Shown here one piece after another: positions 39,277 to 49,622 of a DNA stretch of 64,000 nucleotides. This stretch comes from a virus, in the IMG/VR virus record IMGVR_UViG_3300028364_000018, positions 1 through 64,000 of that record, one strand, 5' to 3'. The notes beneath the pieces were generated by a model, which did no database searches, was not told the origin of the DNA, and was given only the letters and a program-made list of their open reading frames with translations. A program made the position numbers and the translations under genes. Each line of letters starts with the position of its first letter. Position 1 is the stretch's first letter.

Positions 39277-40548
39277 ATGAAAGAATTACAGATTAAATGT
39301 CCGATTTGTGAGCAGTCGGGCGGGATCGAAGAGGTTTTGGTCAACGCGGTGGTGGTGACGCGCATGACGTTGCGGGAGGATAGCGACGGAGAGTTGGAAC
39401 CCGTGTACGAGCACCACAACGTGCTCTCAAGCGATGTAGAGCGCTACCAGTGCTTTTTCTGCGGTGGATTTCTGGCCGCTGATATGGAGAATCTCAAGGA
39501 GTTGGCGAGGGAGAATACCGAACTCACAACAAAGGAAAAGATGAATTTTAAACTAAACAAGAGCGGGGGTTGGATCATTCCCGCTGATACGCGCATCGAA
39601 CGTGACTGCGTTATACCCGCCCACAGTCAGCTTGGGGATGAGTGTGAGCTCGGGGATGAGTGTAAGCTGGGAGCGTGGTGTAAGCTGGGAGAGAGGTGTA
39701 AGCTGGGAGCGTGGTGTAAGCTTGGAGATGAGTGTGAGCTGGGAGTGGGGTGTAAGCTGGGAGAGAGGTGTAAGCTGGGAGAGGGGTGTAAGCTGGGAGA
39801 GAGGTGTAAGCTGGGAGCGTGGTGTAAGCTTGGAGATGAGTGTAAGCTTGGATATGAGGGTGAGCTGGGAGCGGGGTGTAAGCTGGGAGCGTGGTGTAAG
39901 CTGGGAGCGTGGTGTAAGCTGGGAGCGTGGTGTAAGCTTGGAGATGAGTGTGAGCTGGGAGAGTGGTGTGAGCTGGGATCGGGGTGTGAGCTGGGAGCGG
40001 GGTGTGAGCTTGGAGAGAAGTGTGAGCTTGGAGCGTGGTGTAAGCTTGGAGCGGGGTGTGTACGGCCGTTTAAGGGACCTATGCTCAAGTTAGTAGCTAC
40101 GGAGCTTGACGAGGACCTGGAAGTTCCTGAAGATATCAATTGGTCTATGTACGGACCCTTTATAAAGATGCATCTTGTTGAGGCGGGGCTAACCGAAGAG
40201 CAGGCAGACAGCGGTATAGCTCGTAGGTCGTTCTTAGCAAGGGCAGCGTTAGCGGGGTACTTGAGTAAAACCGAACCCAAGGTTAGTCAGAGGATAAAGG
40301 AACTTAGGCGGGAAACCAAGACCGCGGCAGAACAACTGGTTGAGACCGTGAACGTCACGGGCGGCCTAACACACCCACCAGCTGGCGGACCCGCAATTCA
40401 CGACTCTTGGTTGGACTTGGGCGAGGCTTATTTACAGGCATGCGCCGAGTTGGGCGTCGAACCACAATATGAGGAACAAGATGAACATCGAGGAACACCA
40501 GTTAGCGAACATGAGGAAAACCATCATAAACCACTGCGCCGAAACTAA
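39277..40548 (+). CDS. Zn-ribbon region fused to a hexapeptide-repeat (CKLGAW/CELGDE) beta-helix-like protein
   Basis: CPIC..CFFC; internal AAAGGA+ATG at 39541 suggests a second start. Confidence 0.6.
   Translation: MKELQIKCPICEQSGGIEEVLVNAVVVTRMTLREDSDGELEPVYEHHNVLSSDVERYQCFFCGGFLAADMENLKELARENTELTTKEKMNFKLNKSGGWIIPADTRIERDCVIPAHSQLGDECELGDECKLGAWCKLGERCKLGAWCKLGDECELGVGCKLGERCKLGEGCKLGERCKLGAWCKLGDECKLGYEGELGAGCKLGAWCKLGAWCKLGAWCKLGDECELGEWCELGSGCELGAGCELGEKCELGAWCKLGAGCVRPFKGPMLKLVATELDEDLEVPEDINWSMYGPFIKMHLVEAGLTEEQADSGIARRSFLARAALAGYLSKTEPKVSQRIKELRRETKTAAEQLVETVNVTGGLTHPPAGGPAIHDSWLDLGEAYLQACAELGVEPQYEEQDEHRGTPVSEHEENHHKPLRRN
39631..40059 (+). repeat. 18-nt tandem repeat (about 24 units) encoding hexapeptides
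   Basis: TGTAAGCTGGGAGCGTGG-type units. Confidence 0.9.
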
Positions 40549-40722
40549 ACTAGGTATTGCGTGGGCGGTGGATCTGTATTACGAAATCACGCTTAATATG
40601 GATTACCAACGCGTGTCAGCGGCCTCGGAGGATATAAAACATACACTGAGAAGTATGCGGAAGGAACCAGACGGGATGTATAGGGCGTCGCACGCGTATA
40701 TAGACAGGAGCATTAAAGGTTT

Positions 40723-40884
40723 ATGAATAAAACACTGTATATTCTCAGAGGAATCCCCGGTAGTGGGAAGTCAAGTCTGGCACAACTGCTTGTGGATGGA
40801 CCCCTGCAGATATATTCGGAAGATTCACGCCGGATATTGGCAGACATCGATAGTTTGCGGACATGGTTAGAAAACAATTATTAA
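40723..40884 (+). pseudogene. chimeric 5-prime duplicate of the kinase gene at 41539
   Basis: First ~85 nt nearly identical (MNKTLYILRGIPGSGKSSLAQLLVDGPL), then an unrelated tail. Confidence 0.75.
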
Positions 40885-41546
40885 AGGAGTCTATAATGGT
40901 AGCAGTAAAAGACGGGATATGTACTGGACGTAACGGTACGGTAGAGATTAAGGGCGTGCAGGTAAGTAGCTTTGCTAACACCATCCGGCTTGACTACGTA
41001 AGCCGGGCCAGAGGTACGGTGCTCAACGCCGGCTTCAGCATGGATCTGGAAGAGGCGAAGGCCGTAGCGGAGGAGATCATCAGGCGGGTGTTAGATCAGG
41101 AATTTGAGAAGAGTTTCCCAACAACCCCAAAACTGGGCGTAACCTATGATTAAAAAGGGTACGCGCCTGTACTTCCGACCGGAGTTCTGCGACGGACGCG
41201 AGAATGACTACCCCCACCACGCGGTGGACGACGAGTATGCAGGTCGTGTACTCGTCGCATCGGAGTTACCAGGTTGGAGCTTCAGACCAACAGAGGTTGT
41301 AAAGACCTTGATGCTAACAAAGGAGAAACCATGAGTTTTACACTGAAGTTACTAGAAAAAAAGGATGGTTGGATTGAACCAGACACGAGACACGAGATGG
41401 GTGGAACGGATTCAGAGCAGTTCCACGCGTTCTTACACCTTACCAGAGGCGCATACATCATCGCACCACTAGACTTAGATGAGTTGGACTTCCTGGCACG
41501 ACTGCACGGATGGAACGTAACACTTGAGGCATCGTCAGATGAATAA
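40863..41546 (+). CDS. small hypothetical genes (40863-41153, 41146-41334, ~41331-41546)
   Basis: Coupled + strand ORFs. Confidence 0.5.
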
Positions 41547-41937
41547 AACACTATATATTCTCAGAGGAATCCCCGGTAGTGGGAAGTCAAGTCTGGCGCA
41601 ACTGCTGGTGGATGGACCCCTGCATGTGGTGGAAGCTGATGATTACTTCACAGACCCCCAGACAGGCAAGTACCACTTCCAAGGGCGTCTAATAGGGGAG
41701 GCGCACAAGTACTGCCAGGAGAGGGTAGCCCGACTACTGTCTAACGGAGTAGAGCGGGTAGTGGTGTCGAACACCAGCCTACGACCGCAAGATGTAAGGC
41801 TCTACACCAAGATGGCGGAAGACGCGGGCTACACCCCGTTCGTTATTAGGTGTGAGAATGACTTTGGTAACATCCATGGTGTCCCAGAGGAAAAGATGGA
41901 GATGTTTCGGGAGTACGCCAGATGCGCATCTCGTTAG
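41539..41937 (+). CDS. P-loop kinase (AAA_33 / polynucleotide-kinase-like)
   Basis: LRGIPGSGKS, EADDY, VVVSNT and HGVP motifs. Confidence 0.85.
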   Translation: MNKTLYILRGIPGSGKSSLAQLLVDGPLHVVEADDYFTDPQTGKYHFQGRLIGEAHKYCQERVARLLSNGVERVVVSNTSLRPQDVRLYTKMAEDAGYTPFVIRCENDFGNIHGVPEEKMEMFREYARCASR

Positions 41938-42215
41938 ATTATGATGGGACGTTCACGGAAGATCCGGATCTCTGGCTTTCTTTCGTAAGGCAGGCCAAGC
42001 TATCTGGACACACAGTGTACTGCATCACAATACGGACACCTGAAGAAGGAAAGGAAGTACGACATCACCTTCTCAACGCGGTGGATGAGATCTACTTCAC
42101 AAGCAGGCAGGGTAAGATGAGTTACTGTGCGGAGAACTATATTAAGGTGGATGTTTGGATTGACGACCAGCCGTATTTTATTACAGGCAACGCGCTGGAT
42201 ATAACAAAGGAGTAG
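41922..42215 (+). CDS. HAD-like phosphatase (PNKP 3-prime-phosphatase type)
   Basis: ISLDYDGTF; T.R; WIDD motifs. Confidence 0.75.
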   Translation: MRISLDYDGTFTEDPDLWLSFVRQAKLSGHTVYCITIRTPEEGKEVRHHLLNAVDEIYFTSRQGKMSYCAENYIKVDVWIDDQPYFITGNALDITKE

Positions 42216-42218
42216 TGT

Positions 42219-43025
42219 ATGAAAGATGATTTTGGAGATCGTATGAAAGGTTATGAGCGCTTAAGTGAGCCCTGTTTGATGCCGTTGCTGCCAACCTTCG
42301 CGCGCATAGACGGGCGGGCGTTTCATACCTTTACACAGGGGTTGCAACGTCCCTACGACGAGCGGTTGTCACAGGCCATGGTGGAGACCACAAAACTTCT
42401 GGCAGAAGAGACGGGGGCGTGCATGGCCTACACCCAGTCGGATGAGATTACGCTGGTTTGGTACACAACCAATCCCAAAATACAGATATGGTTTGGTGGT
42501 AAATACTCTAAGATCGTATCGCAGGTAGCGGCGCTGACCACTCTCTACTTTTACCGGGAGTGTTGCCAGCACCTACCCCAATACAACCAGAGACTGCCCT
42601 CATTTGATGCGCGCGTATGGCAGGTTCCTAACTTAGTGGAGGCCTCTAATGTGTTTCTATGGCGTGAGCAGGACGCAACACGCAACAGTATCCAGATGGC
42701 TGCCCAAGCGGTTTACTCACACAAGCAACTGCACGGAAAGAACACAAGTGAACAGCAGCAGATGTTGTTTGAGTCTGGTATCAACTGGAATGACTACCCT
42801 GCTTTTTTCAAACGGGGCACCTACGTGCAGCGTCAGAAGACGTTTAGGACTTTTTCATGTAATGAACTAGAGAGGCTCCCATCGAAGCATGCGGCGCGCA
42901 CCAACCCAGGGTTACAGGTAGAGCGTCAGGAGTATCACGAACTGAGTCTCCCACCGATGGGGTCAATACAGAATAAGGTTGGTGTTATCTTTGAGGGTCA
43001 GACGCCTAGTAATGAGAATTTATAG
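42219..43025 (+). CDS. thg1: tRNA-His guanylyltransferase Thg1-like (3-to-5-prime polymerase)
   Basis: RMKGYE, ARIDGRAFHTFT, YTQSDEI, FDAR, WREQDATRNSI. Confidence 0.95.
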   Translation: MKDDFGDRMKGYERLSEPCLMPLLPTFARIDGRAFHTFTQGLQRPYDERLSQAMVETTKLLAEETGACMAYTQSDEITLVWYTTNPKIQIWFGGKYSKIVSQVAALTTLYFYRECCQHLPQYNQRLPSFDARVWQVPNLVEASNVFLWREQDATRNSIQMAAQAVYSHKQLHGKNTSEQQQMLFESGINWNDYPAFFKRGTYVQRQKTFRTFSCNELERLPSKHAARTNPGLQVERQEYHELSLPPMGSIQNKVGVIFEGQTPSNENL

Positions 43026-43041
43026 TAGTAAACCCAACTTA

Positions 43042-44903
43042 CGTGGCAGACCGCAGCATCTGATAATGCTGGATGATCAGAGTTTTGTGACATCAACGAA
43101 CCCGAGGAAAAAGATGAGTATATTAAACAGACTGAGAATGTGGTGGACCAACTTTGGTACAACCGACGAGGCGCAGCGCGAGGTTCTGATCAGCACCCAG
43201 ACCAACCCTATTGAGGATCGTCTAAATGGAGGTGCTTTATGAGCATGAGCGATTGTGGTAGATGCTGGAGCGCCCCCGAGAAGCACCAAGCTAAATTAAA
43301 GGAAGAATATGAATCCCATATCCACGTCTGATGATAATATGTTTGTCCCAGACCACACGTTTCACGACTGGGGGATAGATATGTCGGGCCTGCTACGAGC
43401 CACTCTTATAGACGAGCTGTTCAATAACCAGCGAGAAACTAACCAGGGTCGGAAGCAGGTTAAGCGTGTGAGGCAAAATAAGAGGCGACGTAAAACCACT
43501 AAGCGTTCAAGAAAATTGAACAGAGGTAAATGATGAACGGCGCAGCACAGCACTTAAAGTCCGGCAGTCCGGCAGTCCCAACCCCCGGTTCCATACCTAA
43601 GGCCGGGATGACACGACTACTACCAGAGGGTACCACGGGCCTATTTGTAGCAATGGAGATGGACCCCGAACAATCATTAAAAAGAATCAAGGAACTGTAT
43701 GAAAAAATCAAGTAATTTTATGAGATTCGCAGAGGTCATGGTCGACAGCATCCCCCCACCTTGGGTCATCCACCAGATCAATGCGCACGACCCAGCGCAA
43801 GACATTGAGATCATACTGCGACACCCGACAACAGGGGTGGTCGACAGCGCGCTGTACTTCGACCGTCAGGAACAGACCGTTAGAGGTCCTTGCTACTGGT
43901 CGGAGGTGCAGATATAATGAGGCTATTTAAAAGAAAATGTAAGTGCGAGACGTGTCAACGCGGGTGGGGATATCTGAATCAGGCTAAGCAAGACCACCTG
44001 CGGCTAAGGTGGGCACCCGAATTCAAGTACTGCCCTTGGTGCGGGGGTCGTGTACCAATTGAGGCCTCCCCCCAGAAAGAAAATGAAGAGGTCATGCTCC
44101 GGGCGTTAATGGAAATCATGTTCCCCACCAGAAGGAAGCAGGTAATATGCAAAATAAGGAAATTGATATGAGTAAGAACAACGTAGAGTTTCTAACGGAA
44201 ATAATGGAGTGCAGCAAGCATGGGGCGTTGATGCAGGCGTTTGTGTTGGACGCCCTAGATCATTGGTGTAATCACCTCCTTAAGGATGAGGAGCAGACGC
44301 TCCAGGCGTTGGAGAGCTCGATGGTGAGTGGTCCAGCTTGGTTGGGCTGTGCTCGGGAATTGAAAGATAAGTTGGATAAACGATATGAAATACCAAAGGA
44401 GGCTTTAGATTAATGGATAAATTACAGAAGAAGATAGAAGAGAAGCAGGTCGTGATTATGGAGTTGGAGCAAAAATTACTGGTTCAACGGATGCTGTTGC
44501 AGGAGTTGATCAAAAAGTCAGATAAACTCCATTATCAAGAACAACATCGGATGATGGATGTGGTGGTTCCATGAGTGGTAAATACTTAGGGGAGGTAGTG
44601 CCGGATATCAAAGACACAACATTCGCGGACTATAAACCCTCCGACTGGGCGCTATACTTGATAGCAAGCTACGGTCAAATAGACGGTGGACACCACAAGC
44701 AATGGGTCCTAGATCAAGTAGCAAGGGTCCTACACGGGACCCCGGTGATAGTTAAGTTGGCCAGATGGGAGGATGAGCAGGAATGGCGCGTGAACCTCGA
44801 TGAGCCATCTGATGATTATAAAGATTGGGTGGAAGAGCTTAAAGAGTGGGATGAGCAAAGCGACGAGTACATATACAGTTACGATACTGGCATTGCACCC
44901 TGA
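43042..44903 (+). CDS. block of small hypothetical genes (about 8 ORFs, e.g. 43309-43533, 43699-43917, 44168-44413, 44571-44903)
   Basis: Coupled + strand ORFs; no recognisable function. Confidence 0.5.
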
Positions 44904-45163
44904 ATAACGGCGATTTTCATGAAGCTAGGTGAATATTCAAACGGTTCATACTCAATCAGCTCGGGTACTGGAAGCAATTAAATATTAATCATTGGGACCG
45001 CCTGAAGCATGAAGCTATAAAGCGGAACCTAGTCATCGAGAGAGTTACCTACCCCAAAGGGAACTATACTTACGAGCTGATCCCGGTAACACCAGATTCT
45101 GAACAGTAAACCTCAGTGGTTTATTATACATAGGGAGTTTATCAACATAAGTAGGAGTAGGTT

Positions 45164-45391
45164 ATGAAAGCAGACGAACACTGGGATTTAGAATCCCAAC
45201 CAGTGGGTACAGCGGTAGAGGCCAACCAGGACACACCCCAAGGACGGTTGACATCCTACCATTTCAAGGCGCCAACGATCTCGGGAATGAACAGCAAGGG
45301 TTGGGGTATCCTCGAGACGCTTTTAAACTACCGCGTGCTACACCAACTTCAGGTGTACCGAAAGATCGACGAGCAGGTGGAAAATGAGTGA
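45164..45391 (+). CDS. 75-aa protein whose C-terminal part is a portal fragment
   Basis: HFKAPTISGMNSKGWGILETLLNYRVLHQLQVYRKIDEQV, 36/40 identical to the portal. Confidence 0.65.
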   Translation: MKADEHWDLESQPVGTAVEANQDTPQGRLTSYHFKAPTISGMNSKGWGILETLLNYRVLHQLQVYRKIDEQVENE

Positions 45392-45671
45392 GCTACGGGC
45401 TAAACGCCTTGCGAAGATTCGGGATGGTGGTAAATGTCTAATGTGTTACCGAGGTGGTGTATGGTCCTTGCATGGGCATCATGTCTATCCGAAGTCGCTG
45501 TACCCCGAGAGGGTGGCGGACATAAACAACATAGCGACACTCTGTCTACATTGCCATTTGGGTATCGTACATTCGGGGCGCATACCGGATGGCGGCGACC
45601 CCGAAGGTAATTGGCGGTTGTGGTGCTTCTGGCTGAAATGGCGCATCCGGATGGAAGATGGCAACTCTTGA
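45384..45671 (+). CDS. HNH endonuclease
   Basis: CLMC..LHGHHVYPKS..NNIATLCLHCH. Confidence 0.8.
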   Translation: MSELRAKRLAKIRDGGKCLMCYRGGVWSLHGHHVYPKSLYPERVADINNIATLCLHCHLGIVHSGRIPDGGDPEGNWRLWCFWLKWRIRMEDGNS

Positions 45672-46279
45672 GCGCCGGAGCGGGGCGTCTGATTAGATTG
45701 ATTAAACCAAAGGAAGAATATGAGCACACAAAAAATACAACGGTATGTGAAGATCACAAACATGATTGCGGGGATGGAACGCCTACGTACGTCCGTCGCG
45801 TTGGAGTTGCTAGAGACCAAGGTAAAGGTTGGTAGTTCGCCTGGCGTGGTTGTTAGCGTTTGTAGGCATGGTTCGGTTGTGCGGTTTACCGATGGTAGCC
45901 AGCGCGTGGTTGACTACCGCGAGCTGAAGGCCTGTCGGTGAACGGTAAGATCAAGGGCCTGACATTACAAGAAGTTGCGGAGTTCCTCAAGGAGTTCACA
46001 GGCGCCGCAGCGACTTTCGAGGTTCACCGCATGGGGGACGAGACATTTACAATTGAATTCACAGGAGGGTTCTGAAATGAGAGAACCACTAATTCCAAAC
46101 TTTGGCGAAGAACCGGGGGAGCTGGTTGTGGAGTACCACCCGCCTTACAAACCACCGATCCTCTCCTTCAGACGACCACTCGGTGCGGGCTATAAAGACG
46201 GGGAGGTATTCGAGGATACAGCTGGCACCCAGTACGTGAAACACGGACGAACTATACATAAACTTAAGAAGGAGAGCTC

Positions 46280-47131
46280 ATGACAAGTAGACAGAACATA
46301 GGCGACCGGAACACAGGCAACCTGAACACAGGCAACCGGAACACAGGCAACCAGAACACAGGCAACCGGAACACAGGCCACCGGAACACAGGCGACTGGA
46401 ACACAGGCCACTGGAACACAGGCAACTGGAACACAGGCGACCGGAACACAGGCCACTGGAACACAGGCGACCTGAACACAGGCAACCGGAACACAGGCCA
46501 CTGGAACACAAGCAACCAGAACACAGGCAACCTGAACACAGGCAACCGGAACACAGGCGACCGGAACACAGGCAACTGGAACACAGGCAACCAGAACACG
46601 GGCAACCAGAACACAGGCAACCGGAACACAGGCGACCGGAACACAGGCAACTGGAACACAGGCAACCAGAACACAGGCAACTGGAACACAGGCAACCACA
46701 GTTCAAGTACTCTATCGACTATCAACGGCCTGGGTTACGCTATATTCAACACACCTTTAGAGTATGGAGACTTGGATAGTAGCGTATTCCCCTCGTGGAT
46801 GTATTTCTCATTAACCGAATGGGTTGATGAAGATCGTATGACAGAACAAGAGAAAATCGACAATCCCAGTTTTCATACAACAGAAGGGTTTCTGCGTCAA
46901 CATGATTACAAAGAAGCGTTTCGGTCGTCATTTAACGGGGCCACAGAAGACGAAAAAAGAGCGGTTATGGATCTCCCTCACTGGGACAATGAGATCTTCA
47001 AAGAGATAAGCGGTATTGACGTAGAGGGGTACTTCAAAAAATCAATGACCAGAAAAATAAAAATAGGGGGTATTGATTACGATGCTGAGGAGGTTGAAGA
47101 AAAATTAAAAGACCTTAAACCAATTAGATAG
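46280..47131 (+). CDS. NTGNx pentapeptide-repeat protein
   Basis: 27 NTG[NDH][RWLQ] repeats followed by an acidic globular domain. Confidence 0.8.
   Translation: MTSRQNIGDRNTGNLNTGNRNTGNQNTGNRNTGHRNTGDWNTGHWNTGNWNTGDRNTGHWNTGDLNTGNRNTGHWNTSNQNTGNLNTGNRNTGDRNTGNWNTGNQNTGNQNTGNRNTGDRNTGNWNTGNQNTGNWNTGNHSSSTLSTINGLGYAIFNTPLEYGDLDSSVFPSWMYFSLTEWVDEDRMTEQEKIDNPSFHTTEGFLRQHDYKEAFRSSFNGATEDEKRAVMDLPHWDNEIFKEISGIDVEGYFKKSMTRKIKIGGIDYDAEEVEEKLKDLKPIR
46295..46699 (+). repeat. 15-nt tandem repeat (27 units)
   Basis: AACACAGGCAACCGG-type units. Confidence 0.95.
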
Positions 47132-47177
47132 CCGTATGTGGCTTGTGAAGTACGGATAAACTTAATAAGGATAAATC

Positions 47178-47555
47178 ATGAATAACATAAAGTTTGAAGT
47201 CGGTAAGTATTACAAAACAGAGAATGGTAACGTCTTTCTGGTGGGGCGGTTCGGGACTCAAAAGATTGCGACATGGATGCATACGGGTGCGTGTATGGAG
47301 TTGAAGTGTCGGCTGGGAGGAGGCGGGGTTCGCGAATGCGATGCGGATGGTAACCTCATCTTACCGAAACCCGCCCACGGTCAAATGTGGCGGGACGCAG
47401 ACGGCGAGCTCCTTACTCTGGTAGAGTACGAAGATCCGGATGGTGACATCTGCTGGTTGATGGTGGACAATGCCTTTACGGTGGTCTACAGTTGCGTCAA
47501 ACAAGATTGGGAAGGTCATATCCCGTTCCACCAGATGGAGCTGATTCGTGAATAA
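47178..47555 (+). CDS. hypothetical protein
   Basis: 125 aa; AAGGA RBS. Confidence 0.55.
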   Translation: MNNIKFEVGKYYKTENGNVFLVGRFGTQKIATWMHTGACMELKCRLGGGGVRECDADGNLILPKPAHGQMWRDADGELLTLVEYEDPDGDICWLMVDNAFTVVYSCVKQDWEGHIPFHQMELIRE

Positions 47556-47708
47556 GTACACTGTATGCCTGTTCGCCTGGGCTCTTGACGATGGGTTTCT
47601 GTGTGAATGGGCGAGTTATTGTCGTACCCGAGGCAAACACCGCGTTCTCCAAGCACGACATCAACACCATGATTGAGTTATTGATGCAACATAATGCAGC
47701 TTAACACC

Positions 47709-47751
47709 AAAGGACAAACTGGGCTTGCGAGCCCGGTTTGTCCTTTTCTTT
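47709..47751 (+). terminator. intrinsic terminator
   Basis: AAAGGACAAACTGGGCT/AGCCCGGTTTGTCCTTT followed by Ts. Confidence 0.8.
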
Positions 47752-47791
47752 ACATATCAGGTGTTGCAATAGCTCCCAATCCAATAGTATT

Positions 47792-48844
47792 CTATTGAAC
47801 CGAGTATAAAGCAGGAGGGCTATAAACTCCCCTGTTGCGAATGTTGATGGCTGCGTTTAAATCCGCATCCATACGATTATCACAAGCAGTACAAGCAAAG
47901 GCTTTCCCCTTACGGGAGGCCCGGTCTTGTACGCCGCACGCACTACAGGTCTGAGAAGTATAAGCCGGGTTGACCTTCGTAAAGGTCAACCCAGCTTCTT
48001 CACAAACAGATGCTAGCTTGCCCAAAACCTTTGGGTACGACCAGCGCTGTAGTTTGTTATTAAATTTCTTACTCATCTGCCCTCTGGATTTGTGCTTGAC
48101 CGACTTCAGGTCTTCAACCACAACCTCCCGTACCCCCGCCAAGTCCAACTTATTCACCACCCGGTTAATCAGGTTATCCCTCTCTGTCAGCGCCCGCTTG
48201 AAGGCCTGGGAGCCTTGTTTCTTACGTGCGATCTTTTCGTATTGAGCTTCAAGTTCCTGCCCATGCTCCACTCCTTCGGAGTCTGCGAGCAGCGTCTTGT
48301 AACCGCAATCATAACCAACGGACTTACCTTTCTTGACAGGAAGGGGCTCTACCTTCTCAGCATAAAGGTCCAAGTAATACCTATCCCCGGCCTTGCGTAG
48401 CCGGGAGCTCTGCTTGATTAAAAACCCTTTGTCCAGCAGGTCGAGCATATGACGATGCTTACGGCTAGGAAGATTTAGTATAATCTTAGATCCAAGACAG
48501 GAGAGTCTAAACCACACATCATATGAGTTTTGATCAAGTTTTATGTCTAAGAACCTAGCATCTAAGTTTATGGTCTTGCGTGTTAAGGTCGGTTTAGACT
48601 TCTTGCGCTTCTTACGTTGCGACTTAACGATCTCCAACGCTTGCTTACCCAGAGCCTGCTGTAATCGCGCGGATAACCATGTTGGGACTTTATAAGTAAC
48701 GAACTTGGAAGAAAAGTCCCGCTCATCCCACAACCTGTCAATAAACAGATTCACAACTTTAACCGACTCTTCCAGCACCCGGTCAAGCTCCAGTAGCTTT
48801 CCATGGTTGGAGTCTGCCAGATTAAATTGTATACGTCTAATCAT
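47792..48844 (-). CDS. tnpB: IS607 TnpB RNA-guided endonuclease
   Basis: VGYDCG, VVEDL, AYTSQTCSACG..CTAC, ADLNAAINI. Confidence 0.92.
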   Translation of the reverse strand: MIRRIQFNLADSNHGKLLELDRVLEESVKVVNLFIDRLWDERDFSSKFVTYKVPTWLSARLQQALGKQALEIVKSQRKKRKKSKPTLTRKTINLDARFLDIKLDQNSYDVWFRLSCLGSKIILNLPSRKHRHMLDLLDKGFLIKQSSRLRKAGDRYYLDLYAEKVEPLPVKKGKSVGYDCGYKTLLADSEGVEHGQELEAQYEKIARKKQGSQAFKRALTERDNLINRVVNKLDLAGVREVVVEDLKSVKHKSRGQMSKKFNNKLQRWSYPKVLGKLASVCEEAGLTFTKVNPAYTSQTCSACGVQDRASRKGKAFACTACDNRMDADLNAAINIRNRGVYSPPALYSVQ

Positions 48845-49406
48845 TACTAAGCTCTTTTATTAATTTTTCCGTTTTTCGCTTAGTTCTTCTAAGTCCGTAA
48901 AGTCTGGCACAAAAAGAGGTGACTAAAGACACAAAGTCTTGCATCAGATCTTGCTTGTCGTCCTCTACCTTATTGACCACCACCAATTCTGCATTACGCT
49001 CATCCATCAATACTTCAAGATACTTAAACCCGAACCTTGTTAGCCTGTCTTTATGCTCTACAATGATGCGCGTGTAAGTCGGATCTTTTAATAACCGCAG
49101 TAACTTAGGTCTTGCATCATTTAACCCGGAGCCCACCTCTTTTACTACAGCATCAACACCCCAACCTCTCGCGTTAGCGTATGCGACGAGTCTGCTGGCC
49201 TGCCCTTCTAAGTTAGATTCGTTCTGCGAGGAGCTAACTCTAGTGTAAATAGCAGTTTTTTCCGGGCGTTGTGGTGCATCCTCCGGTATAAGAATCTTAC
49301 CTAGGTCATCCTTAAACGCGCCGGGTATTTTGCCAAGGTTAAACCTGTTCCACGCAGCTCGGTACTGTATACCGTGCTGTTTTGCATATTTACTTAGTGT
49401 CAACAT
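48837..49406 (-). CDS. tnpA: IS607 TnpA serine recombinase
   Basis: N-terminal HTH; IYTRVSS; EVGSGLN; IIVEHKDRLTRFG. Confidence 0.95.
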   Translation of the reverse strand: MLTLSKYAKQHGIQYRAAWNRFNLGKIPGAFKDDLGKILIPEDAPQRPEKTAIYTRVSSSQNESNLEGQASRLVAYANARGWGVDAVVKEVGSGLNDARPKLLRLLKDPTYTRIIVEHKDRLTRFGFKYLEVLMDERNAELVVVNKVEDDKQDLMQDFVSLVTSFCARLYGLRRTKRKTEKLIKELSND

Positions 49407-49440
49407 ACTACCACGATAGTCTATTATTTACTATTGTCAA
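49407..49440 (-). promoter_or_regulatory. leaderless promoter of IS607 tnpA
   Basis: Minus strand TTGACA-16-TATCGT-6nt-ATG. Confidence 0.55.
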
Positions 49441-49575
49441 GGGTAAATAAAGAGATACGCAGAAACACCTGTTATGCTCCTTCCATGAATCGCACATGCC
49501 CTACATTACATCTCTATTGCCTACCCCCACCCGGAGTCGGTTGATACTGCTGTAGACACGTGCTGTCCTGTATCA

Positions 49576-49605
49576 CCCGATCTCCCAACAGAGGTCGGGT
49601 TTTTT
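49576..49605 (+). terminator. intrinsic terminator
   Basis: CCCGATCTC/GAGGTCGGG followed by TTTTTT. Confidence 0.7.
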
Positions 49606-49622
49606 GTTCTTTAAATTTTAAA

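Larger units (their letters stand above)
47761..49445 (-). mobile_element. IS607-family insertion sequence; ends approximate
   Basis: Serine-recombinase TnpA plus TnpB, the only clear minus-strand genes in the window. Confidence 0.9.

Noticed and set aside
39602-40280. Long alternative-frame and minus-strand ORFs over the 18-nt repeat
   Set aside because: Shadows of a stop-free tandem repeat; the + frame has the RBS and flanking domains
46190-46725. Three minus-strand ORFs (VACVP, FRLPV, CLCSG repeats)
   Set aside because: Antisense shadows of the 15-nt NTGNx repeat
47128-47160. AGCCGTATG...GTACGG resembling group II intron domain V
   Set aside because: Only a partial hairpin; no other intron domains or reverse transcriptase
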